A stretch of 64,000 bases of DNA from the human T2T-CHM13v2.0 reference genome, Homo sapiens: NCBI RefSeq assembly GCF_009914755.1, contig NC_060933.1; one strand, given 5' to 3'. Shown here piece by piece: positions 43,191 through 64,000 of the stretch (position 1 is the first letter of the stretch; each line of letters opens with the position of its first letter). The translations under genes were made by a program, and so were the position numbers. Below the pieces are notes generated by a model, which saw nothing but the letters and a program-made list of their open reading frames with translations, had not been told where the DNA came from and searched no databases.

Positions 43191-43829
43191 AGCAAGGGTA
43201 TACAAGAACTTATCAACTCCATCATCAATTACAAAAAAAATTAAGTTGTCATAAGCATAGTATACGATTTAAGGATTTACTAAAATGCAATGGTAGTCAA
43301 GCTATCAGAGGATGGAGGAACCTCCGTTTCACCATCTGGTTGTTCCTCTTTGTTCCCTTTAGGTGAGTCTGAGCCAAAAGACCCAACACTAATCACAATG
43401 CTTTGTCCATTTCAGTAGGCATAATTCCTTACAACAACAAATAAAATAATCCCTAAGCATTTATTTCATAAAATAAATGTATTAGATATTTTGGCCTCAC
43501 AAAAATAAGAGATAGAGTCTACTCAAAACAGTGTTTTGTGTATCATTTTCATAAATTTCAAATTAGAATGTAAAGTTTATCATATCTCTTCCATTTGTTA
43601 GGATAGTGTTAGTAACATTTATAAAATCATTTTCTTTCTCCTGTATTTATTTGACATAAAATGTGTCATTCTCTGAGAATATAAGATGAAATCATTCCAC
43701 AGAAGAATTACTTATATGCAGAGTTATTTATGTGTAATAGTACTCCATAAATTCCCTTTGAGGGCCTTTTTCCATTCAGCAAGAAGAATGTCTTGATGGT
43801 AGGCAAAATTGTACGTAAGTTAAAAGTAT

Positions 43830-44038
43830 GAAATTTGAATCAAGCTCTGCCATTGAATTGTCACGTGAACCTGGAACAACATAACCTCTCCCTGCCTTAG
43901 TTTCTCTATTTATATAATGGTAAGTATAATAAAACTATACTTCAAGGGCTTTTGCAAGCACTATATGAACCAATAGATCTAACACATTTAGAACGGTAAC
44001 TTGATATTTTAGGCACCTTGTAAGTTATTGTTATTATC
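43830..44038 (+). mobile_element. MIR
   Basis: tttgaatcaagctctgccattg...aacctctccctgccttagtttctctatttatataatgg...ttattgttattat. Confidence 0.75.
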
Positions 44039-44986
44039 TGCAATTGTATCTACCCAAAAGCTAGAATCCCTCTTCTTGGCCCCCACATTCCTATGACATG
44101 TCTATAAATATCTTGTAAATATATTTATTCATTTTATGCATGCATTTACTTGTATTCTGAATGCCTTTACATGTGCCAGGCATTGTCTAGGTGTTGGAGA
44201 AACTAAGACTGATTCAAAGGAGATATTTACTTGAAAGAAATAGCTGTAATGGTTATAATTTGCAGACAGGGAGAACCCTGTGAAAAAGAAAGTAATTAGA
44301 AAAATTCATTTTGAATATAAAGAGAAAAAACTTTTCTGAGTTCATAAAAGAATTCTTGATATCATCAACAATAAAGAGCATATGCTAATATTTATATTTC
44401 CTAACTATTCTACATACCTATATTTATATAGATTTCAGCTAACAATTGGGCTTTGGTTCTACTATGACATTTTGCTAAAAGCATTGATTATATAAGTTTG
44501 TGTTATATACAGTGTTTGCATGAGATAAAACTTTAAGACAAAAATATCTGCTCCAAAAAGTGCCTTGGTCTTGGTAGCTTATTCAAGACATTTATTTTAT
44601 ATTCTGCAGACTGTGAAACATCTGTTTATTAATGCAGCTTTATGATATGTTGTAAATTGCCTTAACATAAAATATGAAATTGCACACTCGAGCCCAGATT
44701 TTCTTTTCATCCCCTTGTGTTCAGCTTGGCAAAAGGCTGATACTGCCAGAAAAAGAAAGAAAACTTTGTTCAAAATTGAAGTTAATACTTTCTTGGAGAA
44801 ATAACTACTAACTAAAGACAAATACTTGATGAGACTATTTTAATGTATCTATTGTCCTTATTAGGTAGGATATAATTTCTTACTTTAACATATGATGATT
44901 TTATTTCAAAGCCATTCTGACTGAATGACTTTCAAGGTTATTTTGCAAATCATAATAATTTAAATACTTAAGGAAACTAGTCAAAA

Positions 44987-45819
<833 letters not shown>

Positions 45820-47209
45820 CGGTGTATTCCTAGTTCAGCTTCCCTCAGTAGAAACAAAGAAGAATTGCTTAAAAGGGAAATTATTCTATGGGTTTTGTTT
45901 CCACAACAAAACAGGAGATAATGTGCCCTATTTTGTAAAACAAATCATTTCATCGAAAACTCTCTTTGAAACCTCTACTCAGAGCTATGTTAAGTTGTTT
46001 AGTGACCTCAAGCACCAACACATGGACATGTCACCCATTCCCTACCACTAATAACAGCATTAAAATGTCATTTTGTCTTTAAAAGCAAATATATCCTGAA
46101 ACTAAACCCACTTCTTTGTAGATCTTCTGACTGTAAAATTCTGGCTAAGTTGATTCATTTATTCTCTGCCTCTTTCTTTTCCTCCCTCCCTTAGTTCCAG
46201 CTGTATTGCTGAGCCCTACGAAGGTGCTGTCCTGGGCTGCTGAGTTCTCCTGAGCTGCAGCAAGGATGGGCCAGACTCAGGGCAGGTACTGCCGAATGAC
46301 AGTGAGCCCTGCTTTCTGGGGGCTCCCTGTTTAATTAGGTGAGGCTGACTTTAGTCACATTATCACACCAGGGAACTGAGGCTCTCAGGCTGATGGAAAA
46401 TAGCAGGAGTCTACAGGATGGTTATATAAAGCGGCAGGACTGAAGGGTGAGGGAAGGCTGCCCTGAGACTTAACTGTTGAGCCTTGCAAGACAGGACAAG
46501 GACAGGATCAGCATAAAGAGGTGGGTGGAGGGTGGGTAGAGAATTCTAAACCAAGGTCAACAGAGTAGTTTTTGTGAAGAGAGGAAGCAGGGAGTGAATG
46601 AACAACTGAAAGAGGGCCCACAAGACTGGGATGCCAAGCAAGGGAGAGGAACAATGCCTGGCCCCACACTGGAGGGCACAGTGAACCAGGTTCCACTGGC
46701 CAAGAGTCACTCGTGTAGGTGTCTCTGAGCTAGGAGATGTGTACTAATTCCTAACAGGCAAGAGTTTAGGCCGGCATTGGCCATCAGAGAGGATGAAAGA
46801 AAAAATTTGTCTTATTTATGGAGCTAGCATAAGAGGAAGCTAGAGCTTTACTAAATGTGAAAATTTAAGTTGATGTATATTCTACATCCTGAACAACCAG
46901 TGACAAACTGATGTTCCAATATCTGTTTATACAGTGTGTGTGTTATCATTACACTGGCAAAATTGATGATATGTTTGCCTTATTTCAAATCACTAAGTTT
47001 TGTATTATGGTGATATACTCATACTGCTTTCTTATCAACTCAGAAATCCATTATACAAAATCCATTTTTTATGGCCATCTAAATCCTTTATTCAATACCA
47101 TCAGCCTGGGACATGTTAATATATTTCTGCTAGACATACCACCCAGACTTGAAATGCATAGGACACTAAGCACATAGTGGTAGCAGCATGTTTTCCTTTA
47201 ATAAAAAGA

Positions 47210-47955
47210 CATTATTTTTGGAGGCAGTTTTACATTTACAAGAAAATTGAGCAGACAATACAGAGAGTTCCTTAAACCCTCCCTAGCTCATCATACCTAT
47301 TATTAAGATATCTTGCATTCGTCTGGTGTATTTGTTACAATTAATGAGCCAATATTGATACATTATTATTATTAACTAAAATCAACAGTTTCATTAAGGT
47401 GTACTGTTTGTGTTGTACATTCTATGGGTTTGGAAAATGTGTAATGTCATATATCCACCATGACATTTTACAGAATGGTTTCACTGCCCTAAAAATCCCC
47501 TGTGTTCCACCTATTCATCCCTCCTTCTCCCTGCAAATCCCTGGCAACAACTGTGCTTTTCATTGTCTTCATCGTTCTGCCTTTTAAAGAATGTCATATA
47601 GTTCGGCTTACACAGTATGTACTCTTTTCAGATCGGCTTCTTTCACTTAGCGATGGGCATTTAAGGTTTTTTTTTTCCATGTCTACTCATAGTTAAATAG
47701 TGTGTACCTTTTTATCACTTAATAACATTCTATTGTATGAGTGTACCAGAGTTTGTTTATCCATTCACTTACTGAAGTTGCTTCCACCTTTGGGCAATTA
47801 TGAATAAAACTCCTATAAACATCAATGTGCAGATTTTTGTGTTGACCTCAGTTTTCCATACCTTTGGTTAAATGCCAAGACACAATTACTGGATCTTATG
47901 GTGACAATATACTTAGTTTTGTGAGAAACCACTTCCCTTCTAAAGTGGCTGTATG
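47210..47955 (-). mobile_element. L1MC/MD-type 3' fragment
   Basis: gcagttttacatttacaagaaaattgagcag, caattaatgagccaatattgatacattatt, gtttatccattcacttactgaag. Confidence 0.85.
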
Positions 47956-49086
47956 GGGCTGTATAGGAAATATTTGAATTAACATCCAAATCACACAATC
48001 TTTTTGTTACACTTTAAGCATTAAGAGATTCGTTGTCATAGTTACCTTGGGAGTTAGTTGCTTCTGAGGAGTTGACAAGGGCTCTCGGTAATGTGGTGCA
48101 TATTAACGTTAACAGGTTATATTAATGAATAAACAATGTATGAACTGTGAAATGTAAGACCATGCAGAGTATATTATTAATAAATAATAATGATTATGTA
48201 CTACGTATTTATCTTTTGACAGAGAGGTGCACAACAAAAACAAATGTTGATATTCTTGAAAATTTTGAAGTCAAGTCTCAACAATTAAATATAAATTTTG
48301 TCTTTCCATGTAAGTGATAGACTAATGAATCTACAGATTTGCAAGTTTATAAGCCGAAGTGAATGAGTGCCTCCTTCTGAAAATTATTATTGGGCTTATG
48401 AGTTTATAAGTGCATGCATTTCACCCTGGTTGGCCTAAGCTGGCAATTTCCTCCAAGTGGGCATATTAGGAATACCAAATGTCATGAACAGACTGCAAAG
48501 AGAGAGAGGAAGGGAACATTTAGCTTCTGACAGCTGAACCAAGAAAAGAGTCCAACCAAGTTTCCTGGGAAAGCTGCAGGTTACAAATATCAGATGACCA
48601 ATACCTAACTTCTCTTGTTTATTTTAATTCTTCTGTTTTAATAGACAATATTTCATTTTGACATTTTAAGGAACAATTCTGTGTCTCTGTTCTAGCCCCT
48701 GATGTTACCTTTGGAGACTAGGAGGAAGAGAGAGGGAGTAATTAATATAAGAACATATTTTTGAGTAAGAAGAATATGCATGAGTTAACATTTATTAATA
48801 TATTTTTATTAATCAAAATATATTCACAAGAAATTATTTATATTTAAGAATATGCTCAATAACATATATGTAAAATATATTATTCAGGAGTGCATTCTTA
48901 ATTCACATGTTCTTTGTGCCACATGTGTCCACTGATCTCTGTGGAAGATTCATAAAAACGATATGTAAGGTATCCAAATTGCTGAAAACCACAGACAATG
49001 AGAAAAATCTTGAAGGCACCTAGAGGAAAAATTAAGCATTTACATCAAGCATTTATCAATGAGAAGAATATATTCATCGGAAGAAT

Positions 49087-49463
49087 CGTATTAGTCCGTT
49101 CTCACGCTGCTAATAAAGGCATACTCGAGACTCGGTAATTTGTAAAAGGGAGTTTTAATTGACTCACAGTTCAGCATGGCTGGGGAGGCCTCAGGAAACT
49201 TAAAATCATGGCAGAAGGGGAAGCAAACATGTCCTTCTTCACATGATGGCAGAAAGGAGAAGTGCTGAGCAAACGGGGGAAAAGCTCCTTATAAAACCAT
49301 CAGTTCTCGCGAGAACTCACTCACTATTATGAGAACAGCAGCATGGAAGTAACCGCCCCCATGATTCAATTACCTCCCACTGGGTCCTTCCCACAACACA
49401 TGGGGATTATGGGAACTACAAGTTAAGATGAGATTTGGGTGGGGACACAGCCAAATCATATCA
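49087..49463 (-). mobile_element. THE1 (THE1C-like) solo LTR
   Basis: Canonical THE1 text; perfect 5-bp TSD agaat (49082-49086, 49464-49468). Confidence 0.95.
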
Positions 49464-50419
49464 AGAATATATTTTAAAAATAAATCATTTTATTCAAGAA
49501 TAAACTCATATAAATATGTTTATCTTTTGCACCATCAGTTTTTCCTTTTTTCTTTTAGCTTCCATCTGTCAAAGCAGAAAGCCAGGTCAGAGATAGACCA
49601 GCCATCCCTTCACATTTGCTGAGACTATGACACAAGAAAATTAGTCAACCTTAAATAGTTAGCAGAAACAAATTTAACAAAATAGTCATCAGCAAATTGG
49701 CCACTCAGCAAAGTGGCTTTGTCAGTGGACCTGGTCGAGACAGCTAGGACCTGCTGCCACAGAAACTGCCTTGGTCAGGTGAAACAACCCCACAGCAGTA
49801 AGTGTAGGTAGAAAATCAGGACTGAAGCAATTACACATGTTGTCATTGACCTTTCCATCTGCAGGGGATAATGCAATGAAACCCTGCCACCTTTCCACAG
49901 GCTAACTCTCAGAGGAATAAAAAAAAGTCATGTGCAGGTTGATTTGGGCTAACGAATGATCTTTCATCATTCAACTTTTGATGTTCAAAAGTGTATGTTA
50001 TTATATTTGTGCACATGTGAAATGAAAGAGAAAGGAGCTTGGACACATGAAAACCAAGGAAAGAAAAACCTAATTTGTTTTACTAATAAAGAATAACAGA
50101 AAAAAGGGTAATACCAATTTCACTTGCTTCTATGTCTCTTTTCTATGCCCTCAGGAAGTACAATTTACCACTTTGGGAAGCTTAGGAGGGAGCATCACTT
50201 AAGACCAGGAGTTCAAGACCAGCCTGGGCATCATATTGATGTCTCTTCTAAAAGCACTACTAATGCAATAAAATGTATTCTCGTTGAAAATTACATCTGC
50301 AGAGAATAAAACAGGAAAAAAACTGCTGTCTTTTCACACTCAATTGTTTATCTTCTGATCTGATTCATCTTGCCATTGTATGTTGCATATAAGTTGTAAT
50401 AAACTAAAATTGAACATAT

Positions 50420-50805
50420 TGTGGTACATATACACCGTGGAATAGTGGAATACTATGCAACTATAAAAAAGAATGAGATCATGTCCTTTTCAGGAACATG
50501 ATGAAGCTGGAGGCCATTATCCTTAGCAAACTAACACAGGAACTGAAAACAAAATACCGCATCTTCTCACCTACAAGTGGGAGTTAAACGATGAGAACAC
50601 ATGGATACATAGAGGGGAACGACATACACTGGGGCCTACCTGAGAGTGGAGGGTGGGAGGAGGGAAAGGGGTACAAAAAATAACTATTGGTTACTAGGCT
50701 TAATACCTGAGTGATGAAATAATCTGTACAACAAACCCCTATGACACGCGTTTACCTATATAACAAACCTGCACATGTAACCCAAACTTAAAATAAAAGT
50801 TTAAT
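50420..50805 (+). mobile_element. L1PA (L1PA13-like) 3' end, 5'-truncated
   Basis: tgtggtacatatacaccgtggaata...gaggccattatccttagcaaactaacacagg...aacaaacctgcacatgta...aaaataaaagtt. Confidence 0.92.
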
Positions 50806-50933
50806 ATATAAATATATATATAGTGGCATTTTGGACAGACATTTACATATAGAGATGCATGAATACATAGATCAATAGATGTATGTATTCACGGGTTATT
50901 ATGAATGCAAATATGCATTTAAAAACAGGGTTT

Positions 50934-51255
<322 letters not shown>

Positions 51256-52127
51256 CTATTGACACCAGCAGGAAGGCTTACTTTTTTATAGTAGGTATAT
51301 ATTTCAAACCATAGTCTTAGGTCTTGTGACATAGTTAAAGGAAACATCATATAAGAGCTCAGAGATGTAAAATAGAGCCATTTATGAGGTTTTGAGAACC
51401 TGTAATGATACATATATGTTAATTTCATTTAGGTTTTCTGCGTTTGGAACTGTGTACAGGTAAGATGCTCTAAGCTACCATATAGCAAACTTTAAATGAA
51501 AATTACCATTACACTTATTTAGCTCCAAATAATTTAATAACTATTACTGGGTTGTTACTAGAAAGAAAAACAGCGCACTGTAATAGTTAATGAAGTAAAG
51601 CAGTCCCAATCAAATCTTGCATTGCCCTGACTCGTGTTTTGCTAAAGGAGAGGGAGAGGCATTTTGTTGCATTTCCAGCTGTCTTCCTGGGGAAACAGAA
51701 CACATTTGGAGAATGTGTTCCCCTTTGTTAATTGTGACACATGTGTCCAGTGACCCCCGATGAAGAAATCTTAAAGTGATATGGAATGTGTTCAAATAGC
51801 TGAAAACCAGAGACAAAGAGAAATCAACACAAAAACTGAAAATCTCTCATTTTTCTCAAAAGAGAAACATCTTGAGGAAGCTAGAGGCAAAAAGACATTA
51901 TCAAACAAGAAACAAGGTTAAGAATGGGAGCTGACTTCATATCAGAAACCATGCAAGCAAGAAATGAAGTGACACTTTTGAAGTCATAAAAGAATTCTTA
52001 AAAACCTATCAACCCAGAATTCTATAACCATTGAAAAATTCTTTAAATATTTGTTAATTACTCTGGTGATTTTGAATTAAGGTGAAGTTGAATTCCCCTC
52101 ATGTGGCTTGCAAGTTAGTCTTGTTTT

Positions 52128-52430
52128 TGTGGTTTGGGTTTTTGTTTTTGAGATAAGGTCTTCCTCTGTCATCCAGGCCGAAGTGCATTGGCACAATCAC
52201 AGCTCACTGCAACCCCAACATCCCAGACTCAAGTGATCCTCCCACCTCAGCCTCCCACATTGCTGAGACTACAGGTGCACTCCACCACACCTGGCTAATT
52301 TTTGTACCTTTGTAGAGATGGGGTTTCACCATGTTGTCCAGGCTGGTTTTGAACTTCTGGGCTCAAGCAATCTGCCCACCTTGGTCTCTCAAAGTCCTGG
52401 AATTACAGACATGAGCCACTGTGCCCAGTC
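52128..52430 (-). mobile_element. AluJ
   Basis: cacagctcactgc, ctcaagtgatcctcccacctcag, gggctcaagcaatc J-type diagnostics. Confidence 0.92.
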
Positions 52431-52459
52431 TTGCAGGTTGGTCTTAATGACTGACTTTT

Positions 52460-53350
52460 AAGAAATGGAATATGGAAAAGTAAAAACTGTAATTTTGTAG
52501 TGGAGGAAACCATCAAGTCACCAACATAGCCAAGTAATCAAGGTTAACATCAACAATGAAAAGTCATATGGCTACCTCACACCACCGTGACACAATGGGA
52601 AGGTCACTTCAACTATGTGAAATTCTTCCTCAAAATTTACAACCCCACTTTAATCAAGAGAAAACATCAGATGAACCCAAATCATTTGATGCACATTCTA
52701 AAAAATATCTGGTCAGTGGTCTTCAAAGTGTCAAAGCTAGGAAAGACAGAGAGATTGTCCCTAATTGAAGTCGACTAAGGAGACATGAAGACTAAACACA
52801 ATATGAGATCCTTGATGGTACCTGGGAACAAAGAGAAGAAATTAGTTAAAAACAAAAACAAAAACAAACTGGTGAAATGTGGGCCGGGCACGGTGGCTCA
52901 CTCCTGTAATCCCAGCACTTTGGGAGGCCAAGGCAGGTGGATCACCTGAGGTCAGGAGTCTGAGACCATCCTGGCCAGCATGGTGAAATCCCATCTCTAA
53001 TAAAAATGCAAAAATTAGCCGGATGTGGTGTTGGGCACCTGTCATCCCAGCTGCTCGGGTGGCTGAGGAATGAAAATCACTTGAAACCAGGAGGTTGAGG
53101 TTACAGTGAGCCAAGATCGCACCACTGCACTCCAGCCTAGGCATTAGAGTAAGACTTCCTCTCAAGAATGAAAAACTGGTTAAATATAGCCTGTCATTTA
53201 GGTAATAGTATTGTACAATGTTAATTTCTTATTTTTAATAAATGTGCCATGGTAACGTAAGAGGTTAACATCAGAAGAAACTAAGTGAAGAGTGTATAGA
53301 AACTGTCTTTACCATCTTTGCAACTCTATGTAAATCTAAAATTATTCCAG
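52460..53350 (+). mobile_element. L1MC-type 3' fragment interrupted by an AluSx
   Basis: ccaagtaatcaaggttaacatca, gactaaggagacatgaagactaaa, tttgcaactctatgtaaatctaaaattattcca. Confidence 0.75.
52882..53170 (+). mobile_element. AluSx
   Basis: TSD aaactggtgaaatgtg/aaactggttaaatata. Confidence 0.94.
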
Positions 53351-53351
53351 A

Positions 53352-58519
<5,168 letters not shown>

Positions 58520-60369
58520 TGCAGCTCACATTTTTAATTTGCTCAGAGTTTTCTTCTCTTTGGATGCATATTTATTGTCTCTGCTTCTTTTTCTTTTTCA
58601 GAATTTTTAGATTTGTGTAAATTTCCTCTATCGATTACCACGTCACTTTTATTTTCCATCCCATCTTTGTCTCTTAATATTTTTGCTCTGAGACTTGAAA
58701 TGGTCCATCTTTTCCTTTGCCGGTCTCCAAGCCCTCCTCTAGCCCTGAGGTAGGAAAGCCCACAATAGCTCTCCTACCACTCTCAGGCCTTCATCTGCCT
58801 GCTGACGGTCCAAAAACGTCTTGCTTCAGGAGCACAGGTTGGAGTTAGAAGTGAAATTAGAGTCAAATTAGAAGATTTTAAACTATTATTTCCCCAGAAC
58901 CGCACAGAATCGGCAGCTACATTAAATTTCTTACCCACAGAGCTGATTTTAGAAATACATAACTGCAGACATTTTTAATGGTGACTGTCCCGTTAAAAGG
59001 TAATAGGGATGCATGTGTCCCCATTAAAGGACTTGCCTTGTTCCATTAAAAGGTAATGGGGATGCATGTGTGTGTGTGTACATGTGTGTGGGTTATTATC
59101 CACCAAAAAGCAGCAAAAGTTTTTTATATATATTTTAAAGAAAATAATAGAAGCGTTTTGTCATGCTATACTTAGAATTCTTAACATCATAACTCTTATT
59201 ACAATGTATGTTTTAAGATTAAAAAACGGTATTATTTAAGGTGGAAAACCTTGGTAAATGACATTCTATTTATAATATATATTTTATATTCATAATTATG
59301 TTATACTCTTATATGCAATATTGAACACTAATATAATTTGTTTCATGGTACACCTGGCACGTAATTCTCTCATATCTTGGAGATGGTTCACATACATTTT
59401 TCTAATTCTGTCCTGACTAGTCTTCCTATTAACTGTTTAAAGAACTTTATACTCCACTATGGAAATCCTTCTTTTTAATAAATAAATGTGCTTTATGTAA
59501 TATTTCCATAAATAGTTTTAAATTACACCTGGACCATGACTCATACAGAAATATGTACATACACACATATCTATATATTTATATGTATAAACATATGTAC
59601 ACATATCTATATACAGAAATGTATTTCTATCTGTCTTTCCTATTGGATGTCTTGAAACTCCATCTTTGGGTTCCTTTCTTTTAACTTAAAACCTATTTTT
59701 CCTACTAAAATGTAATGAAAAAAATAAAACCAACTGGGAGAACTAATAGTTGGCATTTTCTTACTAATTTATGCCTCAGTGGGACAATATTTTATCAACT
59801 CTTAGCATGGAAAAACAAATACACTTTGGTTTTGACAGAAAAAAAGGAGAAAAAACATTAAGCATCTCAGGCAAGAAAGGGATGGGAAAAGCGTGATTTG
59901 GGTGAAGCTAAGTAGTGAAGTAAATGTCACATGGTAGCCTAAGAAGCTGAGGACAATTTTCACTTGCATGACAATTTTTAGTAGAGTTGCTTAGTCACTT
60001 CAAAAACAGATTTAATACATTTTTTCTCTTAAAAAATCTACAGCAAGAAATCCAGAAACCAATACAATTTCTATCATTTCAATCCAGAATTCTTTCAATT
60101 GTTTCAGGTTATGGAGGCATTGGCCCATAAAATATTTTGCTTGATAATGTTTTCCAAAAAGGGAAATCTTTTCTGCTCTCATCAACAACAAAATGTCTGG
60201 AAGAAAAAGGAAATATTAAGGAATAAAAATTTGGCTGAAGAGCCTCTCTACTTAAAGGAATGAAAGGTGTTTCAAAAAGTTACTAACAATAAGCACAAAA
60301 ACAATTAAACATTAAATATAGAAACAAAAGAAATATTTCATGATTTTCTGTAGCTCTTATTGGCAATCA

Positions 60370-61010
60370 AAAACCAGAAAACAAAAGCAGCAGGGGGGAA
60401 TGCAAGAATAAATGAAGTGCAGAGAAAGGGCAAACATGAGTAAATAGTAATGAAAGCTTTTTAAATCTACAATAATAATAATATCTTGTAGAAATATAAA
60501 ATGCAATAAAAAAGTGTATTACAACAATGGCACAAGGGTGAGAGATACACAAATACATGGAAGTAAACTTGTAAGGATCTTGCATTCTTTGGGAAGTGGC
60601 CAAAGTACTAATAACTTAAGAGAACATATTGTGATCTTGAGGGAAATGACTAAAAGTTTCATTACAGCTGCAAAGCTAATACAGGAGATTCATAGCCAAC
60701 AATTGGAAATTACCCAAAAATTCATCAATAAAAGAATGGATAAACAAATCCATTGTATGAATTCCATTCATATAATGGAAGAGTACATAACAGTGGAAAG
60801 GAATGAACTAAAAATATCTACCAAAAATTGGAGGAATATCAAAACATTTTGCTAAGGAAAATGAGCAAGACACAAGATGACATACTGTATGATTCCATTT
60901 ATATGTTCAAGAAAAGGCAAAACTAATCAATGGTGATAAGAGATTGTTTTGGAAAGGACACAGGAAACTTCCTAGGTAATGGAAATGTTCTATATGTTGA
61001 TCTGAATGAG
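60370..61010 (+). mobile_element. Old L1 (L1MC/ME) fragments
   Basis: attcatagccaacaattggaaattacccaaa...gaatggataaacaa; catactgtatgattccatttatatg...ggaaatgttctatatgttgatctg. Confidence 0.7.
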
Positions 61011-61240
61011 GGTAAAGAGAGAGAAGGAGGAAGAGAGAAAGAGAGTCATTGAATAATACTGAAGATCTGAGCTAAGAGTCCTTAATGGATATACAAATAT
61101 TAAAAGGAGCCTTCTTAAATTGTACCACACACTTTAACCTGGATTCATAAAGCATCAAAAGTAGAAGGGATATAGAGGGATCATTTATTCCAATCTCCTC
61201 AATTTTACAGATGAAAAAACAGACACAGAAGAATAGTTGC

Positions 61241-63892
<2,652 letters not shown>

Positions 63893-64000
63893 GATACCTT
63901 GTCACAGTCTATGGTGCAACTTGTAAATGGAAGAGCCAGTGCTAGGATCCAGTTATCTTGTATCCACTGCAGCACTTGCTCAGAACCATTTTTTATGAAA

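Larger units (their letters stand above)
40985..43235 (+). mobile_element. Old L1 (L1M) 5' UTR/ORF1/EN fragment, interrupted by an Alu and a templated insertion
   Basis: ORF1-like A-rich text 41750-42580; EN motif gataattcaacactcctctctc (~42630-42650); L1 resumes at 43191 (agcaagggtatacaagaactt). Confidence 0.65.

Overview
Primate (very likely human) genomic DNA, AT-rich and repeat-dense, with no intact protein-coding gene. The only confidently recognisable gene-derived feature is a processed pseudogene of RBPJ on the minus strand (decayed CDS 31882..30436, MAWIKR-type N-terminus, ~2.2 kb of 3' UTR). The rest is a mosaic of a decayed ERV-L provirus (1-5090), a two-LTR MST (MaLR) element (61241-63892), solo LTRs, L1/L2/MIR fragments, a MER20 and about 20 Alus. 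Most supplied ORFs are Alu/LTR/L1 artefacts. Best find: the target-site duplication of the RBPJ retrocopy encloses a ~100-nt sense-oriented MST LTR segment that stops at the MaLR splice donor. The retrocopy therefore appears to record an LTR-promoted, spliced germline RBPJ mRNA, possibly with its cap-derived G. Also notable are a 90-bp-arm near-perfect palindrome inside a cluster of template-switch scars (12899-13364) and a ~525-bp templated local duplication (42667-43190 / 44987-45819). Repeat subfamily names come from recall of consensus sequences and boundaries are approximate unless a TSD is quoted. No prokaryotic-type system or CRISPR array is present.
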